A DNA stretch of 64,000 nucleotides from Fimbriimonadia bacterium (GTDB lineage: Bacteria; Armatimonadota; Fimbriimonadia; Fimbriimonadales; JABRVX01): contig JBGPGO010000001.1 of the NCBI GenBank assembly GCA_041483895.1, positions 64,001-128,000 on the forward strand, read 5' to 3'. The notes beneath the pieces were generated by a model that saw only the letters and a program-made list of their open reading frames with translations, ran no database searches and had not been told where the DNA came from. Below are positions 46,227 to 55,472 of the stretch, one piece after another; the stretch's first letter is position 1, and each line of letters starts with the position of its first letter. Both the position numbers and the translations under genes were made by a program.

Positions 46227-49200
46227 CTAGGCCGCCGTAGACCGGATCAGGCCTTCCACGACTTCCAGATTGTACATCGCCTGCGTATAGCCAGGCCGCA
46301 GGTCCAACGCCTGGCACAGCGCCACTTTCGCGCCGTCGTAGACCCCAAGCTGATAGAGGGCATTTCCCAGCACGAACCAGCCGTCCGCGTTATCCGGATC
46401 CAATCGCAGGCCGGTCTGATAGGCCTCCGCCGCCTCGTCGTATGCGCCGATCTTGTACAGCGTGTCTCCCGCATTAAAGAGCGCATTGGCATTGCTTGGG
46501 TCGGTCTCGATGGCGCCCTGGAAATGATCGAGCGCCTTGTCCCACTCCTGAAGCGTGGCGCACGCCCGGCCCCAGTTAACGTACATGTCGGCCGTCAGAT
46601 TGCCATTCTCGGCCCGCGCGGCGTAGGCGGAATTGACCTCCGGCCAATCCTGCGCGCGCTCGGCGAAGTAGAGCCATCGGCTCCATAGCTGCTCGTCCTC
46701 CGTGTGCCGGCGACTGAGCTTGCCGGATACCTGCGCCGCCTTCAGCATATTTCCCTGGCGCAGATGAATCTCTGAAGCGAGCATAAGCGCGCTGTCGCCA
46801 AGCTGCCCGTCCGTGAAGGCGTGCTGCAGGCAGCGCAGCGAATCTTCCGATCGGTCCATTTTTGCGTAGGTCAGGCCGAGGAAGTATTGCGCGGGCACAT
46901 AGTGCGGCGCTTCGGCCACGCATGCCTCCAGCGCGCGCAGCGCCTCTGGGATATTGTCCATCTGGAAGTGGCATTGGCCCTCGATGAGCGTCAGCTTGTA
47001 GGTCGTGATCGTGAAGTCACCCGTCACATCGTCCGACCACTCCATCGACCGGGCTTTGGAGACGGCCTGGAGCGATTCGACGTAGCGCTTCAACCCGTAC
47101 AATGCGGCCGCGCGGCTGAATTCGATGGCGGGCCCGCGCACATCCCTCGCGTCGGCCTGCTCAACAACCTTGATCGCCTCTTCCGGCCGGCGGAGCTGAA
47201 CCAGGCCCGATGACCAGAGGTGATAGGCCGTGGCGCAAAAGTCCTGCTTCGGGTTGATGTTTTCCGCGCACTGGCTGAAGGCCTCGACCGCCTCTTCCAT
47301 CCGCCCCGCGACGTAGAGCGTATTGCCGAGGTTGAACTGGTGGAAGCTGTTATCCGGATCGTCCTCAAGCTCCTTGTGGATAAGCTCCAGGGTGCGATTG
47401 AGCTTGCCGCGATCCGCCATCATCTGCTGGCCGTAGCCGAAATGGAGAATGCGCGCGCCGCCCAAATTGGCGCACAGCAGACCGGCATCGCCAATCGACG
47501 CCAGGACCTGCTCGTGGATCTTGCCGGTGAATTCGACCGTGGGCAGCCGGCGGAATAGGCGGCAGGGCCGATGGGTGAACACATCTTTGCTCACGCCGTC
47601 GCTGATGAAGTTGATGATCTGCATCAGATAGCCGCCGAATTGGGGCCGAATCATGCCCTCCAAAATGACCCGTCCCGCGTTTTCCTCCAACGCCTCGTCC
47701 GCGTCGAGCCAAAGGATCCAGTCACCTGTGCAGTACTTCAGCGCCTCATTGCGGGCTTCGGAGAAGTCGTTGGTCCAGGCAAAGTGGAACACGTCCGCCC
47801 CATGCTCCTTCGCAATCTCCACCGTACAGTCTTTGCTGCCGGTGTCCACGACCACAATCTCGTCTACCACGCCCTTAACGCTGTCCAAGCACTTGGCGAG
47901 GTGCTTCTCCTCGTCTTTGACGATCATGCACAGCGTCAGCTTGGTCCCCAGCGGTTCGGCGCATACCGGGTCCCAGCCGCCGGCCACCAAATGCTCTTTC
48001 ATCCGTTCAGCGCGCTTTTCGGCTTCCTGGCGCTGCTTTTTCGGGAACTTCTTCGGAGAGCGGGCGATGGCGGTGTAGTGGCCGTACAATGCGATAGCGG
48101 CGGCGCGGAGCCGGAAGTCGTCTTCCCCCGTCTCTATGGCCCGGAGAGCCCACTCGTAGCCGGTGGATTCCTCCTGCTTGTGCGCGAAGGTCCATGCGCC
48201 TTGGGCAAGAATGGGCAGCGATTTGGGATGTTTCGCTTCCGCCTCTTTGATGATTTCAACGCCGCGGTCCCAGTTGCCGTCGTTGATGTAGGCGCGGGCC
48301 CGGGTGGCGAGGATTGAGGGGTCTTCTGGGGCGGTTTCCATCGCCCGCTCGACCAGTTCTTTATCCCGGCCGAACCGATTGCGAAGCTCCAGGTCGAGCG
48401 ACAGCGCCGAAACCAGCCCGCCAAAGCTCCAGCTCGCCGCCTCTTTTTCTGGCAGGTTGAGCAGCCGCGCCTCGACAATCGGGAAGGCATGATCCCAGGT
48501 GTGTCCGGCAAGCACATGTTGCCGAGCCTTCTGACCAACCTTCGCCGCCTCCGTGCGATGCTGGAAGACGTATCGCATTTGGGATCGGAGCTGCTCCAGG
48601 CTCGGCTCTGCCCAATACGGCGCTTTCACCAGGTCCAAAGATTTGAGTGATTCCGCAGGTGTGAGGGTCCTTTCCGCGTCAATCAGATACGCGACGTCGC
48701 CATTGACAAAATCGAGCGCGGAGCCGTAGTTAGTCACGATGACCGGCAGACCGCAGGACATTGCCTCTACGATTGGCAGCCCGTATCCTTCCCCGCGGAA
48801 GGGATGTACGAGCGCGTCGCAGGATCGGTACAGGGCCGGCATTTGGTCCGGAGCCAGGTTGTCGGTCATGTAGACAACTTCCGGCGCGGACCGGCTCTCG
48901 GCGGCATCGCGATAGCATTGCCCAATTCCCTGGCCTTGATAGAATGTCTGGCTTCCGAAGTCCTTGACGACCAGGCAGACATCCTCATCGCGGCTGAACT
49001 CTTCCAGGTAGGCTTGGAGCAGCAGGTCCGCGCCTTTGCGAAGAATGGTCCCGCCGACGAACAGGAACTTGAAGCCCTTCTGAGTCGTTAGCTCGAGCGC
49101 ATCCCCGACCGGCGTCATGAGGGAGGCGTCGACCCCGTGCGGCACCACATGGACTTTGTCCGGATTGCAGCCGCTGTCGATGAAGCAGTCTCGGACATAC

Positions 49201-49565
49201 CGGCTCGGCACCCATTGCTCGGTCAAGACGTGGTTGACATTCTCAACCCAGTCTTTCGGAATGGCGCCATATTCCCAGGGTTGGATTGCGATCAGATGGC
49301 CGGCGGGCGGCAGGCGAAAATCGGGTGGGTACTGAAACCGGACGGAACATTCGAGCGGGAAGGGAGTGCGATAGGTGCGGCTTCGGAGCTCCGGCTCTTC
49401 TACTATGTCCTTGCCGTGATGAAAGACGCTGACATCCCAGTCGGGATTGCGGCGAAGCAATCCGAGGACGTAGGCACGGTTGCAATGGGCGAGTGAGTGG
49501 GTGTCAAAGAAGCTGCCTTCCCAGATGGTATTTGGGAGTCTATCCCTGCGCCGCGGTCTTCCCAT
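46227..49565 (-). CDS. Multidomain glycosyltransferase: GT4 + TPR + GT2 + TPR repeats
   Basis: FLFVGG..RKG, EGYGLPIVEAMSCG (GT-B); LCMIVKDEE, VDTGS.D, WLDADE, IHEQ (GT-A); C-terminal TPRs; ATG 49565 after GGAGGT. Confidence 0.92.
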   Translation of the reverse strand: MGRPRRRDRLPNTIWEGSFFDTHSLAHCNRAYVLGLLRRNPDWDVSVFHHGKDIVEEPELRSRTYRTPFPLECSVRFQYPPDFRLPPAGHLIAIQPWEYGAIPKDWVENVNHVLTEQWVPSRYVRDCFIDSGCNPDKVHVVPHGVDASLMTPVGDALELTTQKGFKFLFVGGTILRKGADLLLQAYLEEFSRDEDVCLVVKDFGSQTFYQGQGIGQCYRDAAESRSAPEVVYMTDNLAPDQMPALYRSCDALVHPFRGEGYGLPIVEAMSCGLPVIVTNYGSALDFVNGDVAYLIDAERTLTPAESLKSLDLVKAPYWAEPSLEQLRSQMRYVFQHRTEAAKVGQKARQHVLAGHTWDHAFPIVEARLLNLPEKEAASWSFGGLVSALSLDLELRNRFGRDKELVERAMETAPEDPSILATRARAYINDGNWDRGVEIIKEAEAKHPKSLPILAQGAWTFAHKQEESTGYEWALRAIETGEDDFRLRAAAIALYGHYTAIARSPKKFPKKQRQEAEKRAERMKEHLVAGGWDPVCAEPLGTKLTLCMIVKDEEKHLAKCLDSVKGVVDEIVVVDTGSKDCTVEIAKEHGADVFHFAWTNDFSEARNEALKYCTGDWILWLDADEALEENAGRVILEGMIRPQFGGYLMQIINFISDGVSKDVFTHRPCRLFRRLPTVEFTGKIHEQVLASIGDAGLLCANLGGARILHFGYGQQMMADRGKLNRTLELIHKELEDDPDNSFHQFNLGNTLYVAGRMEEAVEAFSQCAENINPKQDFCATAYHLWSSGLVQLRRPEEAIKVVEQADARDVRGPAIEFSRAAALYGLKRYVESLQAVSKARSMEWSDDVTGDFTITTYKLTLIEGQCHFQMDNIPEALRALEACVAEAPHYVPAQYFLGLTYAKMDRSEDSLRCLQHAFTDGQLGDSALMLASEIHLRQGNMLKAAQVSGKLSRRHTEDEQLWSRWLYFAERAQDWPEVNSAYAARAENGNLTADMYVNWGRACATLQEWDKALDHFQGAIETDPSNANALFNAGDTLYKIGAYDEAAEAYQTGLRLDPDNADGWFVLGNALYQLGVYDGAKVALCQALDLRPGYTQAMYNLEVVEGLIRSTAA

Positions 49566-49626
49566 GCCGACCTCCAAAAATGATCATGGCCAGGGATCGC
49601 CCTCCGGCCCCCAACTGACTTCCCCA

Positions 49627-49899
49627 CTAGCTGTAGGACTTGTCCGACTCCATCCGCAACAGGACCCGCCGGGCGCCGGCGATGCTGAACATTTCGTCTT
49701 TCAGCAGCCTCTTTATGTGGAACACATTTTGAATGTCCTCAGGTCGGTACCGGCGCTGGCCCCCGGTGGTGCGCACTGGGATCAGGAACTGCTCGAACTC
49801 TTTTTCCCAGTACCGCAACGTATGCACTTCAACCCCGGTAATACGGCTCGCCACACTAATCGGCACCGCCTGTTCGGCGCGCGGTTGCCTTAACTTCAT
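49627..49899 (-). CDS. MerR-family HTH protein
   Basis: ISVASRITGVEVHTLRYWEKEF...RT.GGQRRYR.EDI...IK.LL....SI.GAR. Confidence 0.92.
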   Translation of the reverse strand: MKLRQPRAEQAVPISVASRITGVEVHTLRYWEKEFEQFLIPVRTTGGQRRYRPEDIQNVFHIKRLLKDEMFSIAGARRVLLRMESDKSYS

Positions 49900-49961
49900 G
49901 CAAAAATCCTCCGACGGAAAGGGCTTAATCCCCGATCAAGTCAGGAATCTTTCCCTGTCTC

Positions 49962-50036
49962 GTAAGCCGCAGGCCTTCGCCTGCGAAACCGCCGCTTGAC
50001 CTCCTGGCCGGAGCGCAAGCTGAAGCCTGCGGCTAC
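49962..50036. repeat. REP family B inverted doublet
   Basis: GTAAGCCGCAGGCCTTCGCCTGCG and CGCAAGCTGAAGCCTGCGGCTAC. Confidence 0.7.
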
Positions 50037-50056
50037 CGGTGTTCAACTTAGCTCGA

Positions 50057-52849
50057 TTATTGGCCGGCGGGAGGTCTGTCCGCAGGGGGATGAGACGGGT
50101 TTTGAAGCAGACGGCCGAGCAGTTCCAACGCCTTGTCCTCTCGCTCTTGAGCCTCACCGTAGGCCGCCCAGTCGCCGCGAGAAAGGGCATCTTTGGCTGC
50201 CCGCCGGGCGCTCTGCAACTCGTCGAATGCCTTTTGGGCGGTCCCCTGTGTGGGTTGGGCGCCGGTGGGTGCGGTAGGCGCCGCAGGAGCAGCCTCTTGT
50301 CCAAACAGCCGTTGGAGCGCCTGGGCATAGGTGTCGCCGAATACGACTCGGCGCTGCGTCGCCAATGCCACCTTGCGAAGCTCCGGAAGCGGCCGGTCCC
50401 CGGTGGACTGTATGAAGAGTGGCTCCACATACAGAATGCTCTTTCCGAGAGGCATCACGAGGAGGTTGCCGCGCTTGACTTCCGAACCACGCTGGCCGAC
50501 GAGGGTGGTCCACTTGGATATCTCCTCATTTTGGAAAAATCGGTTGGCGGCCAGGCGGGGGCCGTTTAGGCTCTTATCGCGCGGGAACTGGTACAAGACC
50601 AGTTGTCCGTACCGATCCGGGTCGCAATGCGCGCCGAGCCAGGCGGTCAGGTTCGGCCGTTCGCGCGGTGTGAACGGCAGCATCATCAGGAACCCCTCAA
50701 GGTCTTCGTCAGGAAGCCTCATCTGAACGTAATAGGGCTCCATCGGCTTGTCTTCGCCCGTTTCCGTCGCGGTCTTCGGCAGGGCCCATTGGTCCTGCTT
50801 CTGGTACCAGGTAGTCGGGTCGGTGACATGGTAGAGCCGAAGCTGTTCTGACTGAGCCCTAAACATGGTCTCCGGATAGCGTATGTGGGCTTTCTGCGAG
50901 TCCGGCATCTGGCTCGCATCTTGGAGCAGTCCGGGATAGATTCGGCGATAGGTCTGGACGATCGGGTCTTGCGCGTCGAACACATAGCCGTGCACTTCGC
51001 CCGTCGCGGCATCGATGGTGACTTTGACCGAATTCCGTATGTAATTGAAGCTGCCGGTAAAGGCGCTATATGGAAACCGATCGGTCATCGTGTATCCATC
51101 CAGGAACCATAGAATCCGTCCGTCCACAATGACCGGATAGGGGTCAAAATCGAAACGAAGGAACGGGAAGACGGAGCTTGCCCGGTCCAAAATGTTGCGA
51201 TGAATCAACAGCTTGGTGTCCGGCTTGAATGCCTCCGTTGTCATGATATTGAATTCGCCGTAAGCTAGGGCGAACAGCAGCCGCCGGGAGAAGCTGCCGA
51301 TGTTCAGTCCGGCAGCGCCTTGGAATGGTGGGAGGGCCAGATCGTCACCGGAGTTGGAGCTCGCGATCTCTTTGATTCGGCTCCGGACGAATACCGGGTC
51401 ATCATTGTGCTCGCTGAAATATAGGCGGGGATCGGTGATGGGAAACAGCGTGCTTTTGGCGGGCGAGAGGTCGGCGAGCAGGAAGTTTGGCCTCCCTTCG
51501 GCGTCTGAGGTATGTACCTCGCTGACCACAATGCCAAAGCCGTGCGTGTATTGGAACCGCAGATTCTGCCAAGTTCGGGCGGAAGGGTCCAGCCCCCTAA
51601 TGTCCAGCTCCCTGGCGCCCAGGTTGACCATCCGCTGCTTGCCATTGATCATGTATCTATCGACATCAACATCCGCGAAATCGTAGAATTGCGTGATGAC
51701 CTGGACACCGTTGTAGTTTGACTTGACGACGTTTGGGTCCCATAGCCGCATGTTGTCCAGAGTGGTCTGCGATACCGCAAAATCTTCCTTTGTCGGCTCC
51801 TCGCGAACCTCATACTTCCGAACCGCAATCTTGTCGAGCATGTAAGCTTGTCGCGTGAACTTAATGGCCCGCTCGATGTACGGGGTCTCTTTTTCGAGCT
51901 GATTTGGCCGAACCACCGTGCCCTGCAAGATGCTCCCGTAGACGGCAGAGCCAAGGACCCACACTACAGCAAGGCCAGCGAGTCCTCCGATTTGGGTGCG
52001 GAATCCACGGAGTCGATTGCACATCAGGACGCATATCGCGCCCAGGAACCAGAAACCGAATGACAGCAGCGTCAGAACGGGCAGATTGGCATTGGCGTCC
52101 GTATATCCCATTCCGGAGAAAAGCGGTCCGTCTTGATACAGAAGGCCAAAACGCCCCAGCCACACATTCCAGCCGATAGCCAGGAACAGTAGGCCGATGA
52201 GTACATTTAGGTGCGTGGCCGCTCGCGGGATGCTCAAATTCAAGCGGCCGGCCCCGGCGATCCCTTGCCCGCCCAGGTAGATGGCGGCGACGGCGATGCC
52301 CGGCACCAGCACACCCATAATCGCGATGGCGGCGATTTCTTGCAGGAAGGGAAGCTTGAATACATAAAAGCCGACATCCCTGCCGAAAACAGGGTCAACC
52401 AGGTTGAACGGCTGGGCGTGCGTCCAGAGCAAGAACTCTTCCCATGAGCCGCGAAGGCCGAACCCGAACAGGATCCCCACAACCGGGCCGGCGATCCATG
52501 CGATTTTGCCCGCGGCGCGTCTGCCGAACTGGAGCATCTTCTCGGCCACTTGAGCGAGAGGGCTGTCCTGAGTCGGTCCCATCACCGCGGTTGCCTGCAG
52601 GGCAATTCGGAGATTTACGAACGTGAATATCCCGAAAATGAGGAAGCCGACGAAAAAGAGGATGAGTCGAGTATCGAACCGAACCGCGAATACTTGGGGA
52701 GCGTGGGCATCCTCTAGGTACCAGAGCCATTCCGAAAATGCGCCCGCGAACTGCGAGCCGAACAGGAGCAGGAAGATAAGGACGGCGATGATGCCGAACC
52801 CTGTTTTCTGCCGTCGAGTCAGTTTAGCCTCAGGCTGGCGATGAATCAT
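50057..52849 (-). CDS. UPF0182 family membrane protein
   Basis: DPVFGRDVGFYVFKLP, GYTD, RLWD, DVDRY, YTHGFG, NYIRNSVK, GNLLV.P...LYVEP; start ATG 52849 after GGAGGT. Confidence 0.95.
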   Translation of the reverse strand: MIHRQPEAKLTRRQKTGFGIIAVLIFLLLFGSQFAGAFSEWLWYLEDAHAPQVFAVRFDTRLILFFVGFLIFGIFTFVNLRIALQATAVMGPTQDSPLAQVAEKMLQFGRRAAGKIAWIAGPVVGILFGFGLRGSWEEFLLWTHAQPFNLVDPVFGRDVGFYVFKLPFLQEIAAIAIMGVLVPGIAVAAIYLGGQGIAGAGRLNLSIPRAATHLNVLIGLLFLAIGWNVWLGRFGLLYQDGPLFSGMGYTDANANLPVLTLLSFGFWFLGAICVLMCNRLRGFRTQIGGLAGLAVVWVLGSAVYGSILQGTVVRPNQLEKETPYIERAIKFTRQAYMLDKIAVRKYEVREEPTKEDFAVSQTTLDNMRLWDPNVVKSNYNGVQVITQFYDFADVDVDRYMINGKQRMVNLGARELDIRGLDPSARTWQNLRFQYTHGFGIVVSEVHTSDAEGRPNFLLADLSPAKSTLFPITDPRLYFSEHNDDPVFVRSRIKEIASSNSGDDLALPPFQGAAGLNIGSFSRRLLFALAYGEFNIMTTEAFKPDTKLLIHRNILDRASSVFPFLRFDFDPYPVIVDGRILWFLDGYTMTDRFPYSAFTGSFNYIRNSVKVTIDAATGEVHGYVFDAQDPIVQTYRRIYPGLLQDASQMPDSQKAHIRYPETMFRAQSEQLRLYHVTDPTTWYQKQDQWALPKTATETGEDKPMEPYYVQMRLPDEDLEGFLMMLPFTPRERPNLTAWLGAHCDPDRYGQLVLYQFPRDKSLNGPRLAANRFFQNEEISKWTTLVGQRGSEVKRGNLLVMPLGKSILYVEPLFIQSTGDRPLPELRKVALATQRRVVFGDTYAQALQRLFGQEAAPAAPTAPTGAQPTQGTAQKAFDELQSARRAAKDALSRGDWAAYGEAQEREDKALELLGRLLQNPSHPPADRPPAGQ

Positions 52850-53000
52850 TCTTCCTTCCACCTCCCCGGTTCGCAATGAGATACGCCGGTAAATTCGATC
52901 GGGTTGAGTCCGCCAGGCAATTGTACACGGTATTGAGAATAGGGCAGGTATGTTGGGTATCATATCTTTTCGAATGCCACTCGGCATTGCCGAGGGCATC

Positions 53001-53087
53001 CTTCCTGTCCCAGTGTGCGGGCGGCTCCGATGGAACGGAGCCCTCCAAGTTGCGCCGGGACCGAGCCAATATCGTCCATAGGGAGGA
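53001..53087 (+). promoter_or_regulatory. Structured rpsF leader, candidate S6:S18 autoregulatory RNA
   Basis: CTTCCT can pair with AGGGAG (the SD); GTCCC/GGGAC stem followed by CCG; apical GGCTCCG/CGGAGCC hairpin. Confidence 0.55.
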
Positions 53088-53092
53088 CCAAT

Positions 53093-53413
53093 TTGGACAA
53101 TAGAACGTATGAAGCGCTGTATATTCTTGAGCCGTCGATCCAAAACGACGCGATAGAAACCTTGATCCAGAAGTTCAGCAAGGTCGTCACCGACGCAGGC
53201 GGCGAGGTGGAACGGGCCGAAGTCTGGGAGCGCCGCCGCCTCGCCTACGAGATTTCCGGCAAAAAAGAAGGCATCTACTGCCTCATGTATTTCGCCGCGC
53301 CCGTGACCCTGCCCAAGGAACTGACCCGTCAGTTCAGCATAACGGAGCCGGTCCTCCGTTCCCGCATTTATCTTCGAGAGAAGGAGAAAGCCGCGACATG
53401 CTCAACCGAGTAA
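53093..53413 (+). CDS. rpsF: 30S ribosomal protein S6
   Basis: RTYEALYILEP, WERRRLAYEI..K.EG.Y, VLRS; TTG start after GGGAGG. Confidence 0.96.
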   Translation: MDNRTYEALYILEPSIQNDAIETLIQKFSKVVTDAGGEVERAEVWERRRLAYEISGKKEGIYCLMYFAAPVTLPKELTRQFSITEPVLRSRIYLREKEKAATCSTE

Positions 53414-53796
53414 TCATGATTGGGCGCCTGACAAAGGACCCGGAACTCCGCACCACCAACACCGGCAAGTCGGTCGCATCGTTCCGCATCGCCGTGGATC
53501 GATTCGGCGGCGGCGAGGATAAGCAAACCGATTTCTTTAACGTGAGCTGCTGGGAGCGTCAGGCGGAATACGTTTCCAACTACTTGCAAAAAGGACGACT
53601 TGTGGCAGTGGACGGCCGGATACAGAACCGGCAATACACCGCCCAAGACGGCACCGAGAAGTATTTCACTGAGATCGTCGCCCAATCGGTCCATGGGCTG
53701 GATCGGCCCAAGGACCCGGATGCCCAACCGACAGGTCCGGCGGATGCCGCCGAATATGGCGACTACTCTGACGACGACCCGTTCGCCGCGGAATAG
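53398..53796 (+). CDS. ssb: Single-stranded DNA-binding protein
   Basis: MLNRVIMIGRLTKDPELR, YLQKGRLVAVDGRI, acidic DDDPF tail. Confidence 0.97.
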   Translation: MLNRVIMIGRLTKDPELRTTNTGKSVASFRIAVDRFGGGEDKQTDFFNVSCWERQAEYVSNYLQKGRLVAVDGRIQNRQYTAQDGTEKYFTEIVAQSVHGLDRPKDPDAQPTGPADAAEYGDYSDDDPFAAE

Positions 53797-53805
53797 GAGA
53801 AACGT

Positions 53806-54342
53806 ATGAAAGATGAACAGAGCACGGTAAAAGAGACCGCCGCGGCGACGCCGAAAGAAAAGCCGGCTGAGGCAGCAGCGCAGCCCGCGGCTCCGGCCGC
53901 CGCTCCAGCAGCCGCTCCAGCAGCCGCTCCAGCAGCCGCTCCAGCAGCCGCCCCAGCAGCCGCATCGGCAGGCGCACCGGCGGCAGCCCCAACGCAAGCG
54001 CCGCGCCGCCCAGCCCCCCGGCAAGACCGGCCTCGCGATGGCGGAGGCGATCGGGGAGACCGAGGAGATCGGGGGGATCGCGGAGATCGCGGAGATCGAG
54101 GCGACTATGGGTCCAAGGAGCGCCCCCGGAAGTTCCGACGGCGGCGGAAGTTATGCGCCTTTTGCGTGGATAAGACGCCGGTCAACTACAAAGACGTTCC
54201 AAAATTGCGGAAATTTCTGACTGAGCGCGGCAAAATCGTCCCGCGCCGACAGTCCGGCACCTGCGCCAAGCACCAGCGGTCCTTGGCCATCCAGATCAAG
54301 CGGTCCAGAGAATGCGCCCTCTTGCCGTACGTCGCCGGATAA
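53806..54342 (+). CDS. rpsR: 30S ribosomal protein S18 (Zn-binding form) with long N-terminal extension
   Basis: RRRKLCAFC...NYKD...[22 protein letters not shown]...IKRSR..ALLPY; SD AGGAG before ATG 53806. Confidence 0.95.
   Translation: MKDEQSTVKETAAATPKEKPAEAAAQPAAPAAAPAAAPAAAPAAAPAAAPAAASAGAPAAAPTQAPRRPAPRQDRPRDGGGDRGDRGDRGDRGDRGDRGDYGSKERPRKFRRRRKLCAFCVDKTPVNYKDVPKLRKFLTERGKIVPRRQSGTCAKHQRSLAIQIKRSRECALLPYVAG
53899..53958. repeat. 12-bp tandem repeat (GCCGCTCCAGCA x4 plus 1 variant) within rpsR
   Basis: Read directly from the sequence; encodes (AAPA)n. Confidence 0.95.
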
Positions 54343-54351
54343 CGGTTCAAA

Positions 54352-54380
54352 GAACAGGCGTCGGCATTCGGCGCCTGTTC
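54352..54380 (+). terminator. Hairpin downstream of rpsR
   Basis: GAACAGGCG(TCG)...(CGG)CGCCTGTTC; weak U-tract. Confidence 0.55.
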
Positions 54381-54410
54381 ATCAGATTTCTGGATGTTAG
54401 GAGATATCGC

Positions 54411-55472
54411 ATGCAATTCGCTGAAATCCTGGACGACCCCCGAAAGCTTTCCGCCTTGGATCCCAAAGACGTGTTGGGTTTGACAGTCGACTTTCCAAAC
54501 CAGTGCGCGAAAGCGATCGATATCTTCGAGCGATCCAACTTCCAGCCGCCGACAACGGAGATTCACAACGTTGTGGTCTGCGGCATGGGCGGTTCGGCGG
54601 CGGGCGGTGACCTGTTCAGATGTATCGCGGAGCAGACGGGAGGCGTCCCAGTCGAGGTTATTCGCGACTACACGCTCCCAAAATATGTCGGAAAACATAC
54701 CTGGTGCATATTCGTGAGCTATTCCGGCAATACGGAGGAGACCTTGAGTTCCTACCGCGCCTCGAGCGAGCGCGGCGGCCCCCGGCTCTGCATCACGAGC
54801 GGCGGGGAATTAGCCGAGCTTGCGGCCAAGGGTGAAGTCCAGGTGATTCGCGTTCCCGGCGGGCAGCCGCCTCGCACGGCGCTCGGATTCATGTTCGTTC
54901 CGCTTGTGCTGGCCGGCGCGAAGGCCGGGATCATCGAGGCCATTGACTTCTCGCATCTCCACGACGATCTTCAGGCCATGCGAGAGCAGTTCGGGCCGGA
55001 CAAGCCCTACGCGGAAAACGGCGCGAAGTGGTTGGCCGGTGAGCTGTTCCAGCGGCTCCCATTCATCTACGGATTGGGCACATACCAAGGGGCCGTGGCT
55101 TATCGTTGGAAGTGCCAAATCAATGAGAACTCGAAGGTGCATGCGCACGCGAACGCATTGCCGGAGATGAACCACAACGAGATCATGGGTTGGACGAAGG
55201 CGCATGAGGTCACGCGGGCCTATTCCGTGGTCTGTCTGTTCGACGGCACGGAATCGCAGCGAATGTTCAAACGGTGGGACGTGACTCTGAAACTGATCGA
55301 TCCGATCCCAGTGCACGGTCTTCGGGTTGAGGGCCGCGATCTGCTGACGAAGATTCTTTCGATGTGTTATATGGGGGATTTTGTGAGCGTCTATCTCGCC
55401 CGGCTCAACGAGGTCGATCCGGAGAACATCGACAACATCAACACGCTGAAGGCGGCGCTGGCGGAAACTTAG
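54411..55472 (+). CDS. Bifunctional phosphoglucose/phosphomannose isomerase
   Basis: GMGGSA..GD, SYSGNTEET, QPPR.A, RWKCQINENSK, LPEMNHNEI. Confidence 0.93.
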   Translation: MQFAEILDDPRKLSALDPKDVLGLTVDFPNQCAKAIDIFERSNFQPPTTEIHNVVVCGMGGSAAGGDLFRCIAEQTGGVPVEVIRDYTLPKYVGKHTWCIFVSYSGNTEETLSSYRASSERGGPRLCITSGGELAELAAKGEVQVIRVPGGQPPRTALGFMFVPLVLAGAKAGIIEAIDFSHLHDDLQAMREQFGPDKPYAENGAKWLAGELFQRLPFIYGLGTYQGAVAYRWKCQINENSKVHAHANALPEMNHNEIMGWTKAHEVTRAYSVVCLFDGTESQRMFKRWDVTLKLIDPIPVHGLRVEGRDLLTKILSMCYMGDFVSVYLARLNEVDPENIDNINTLKAALAET

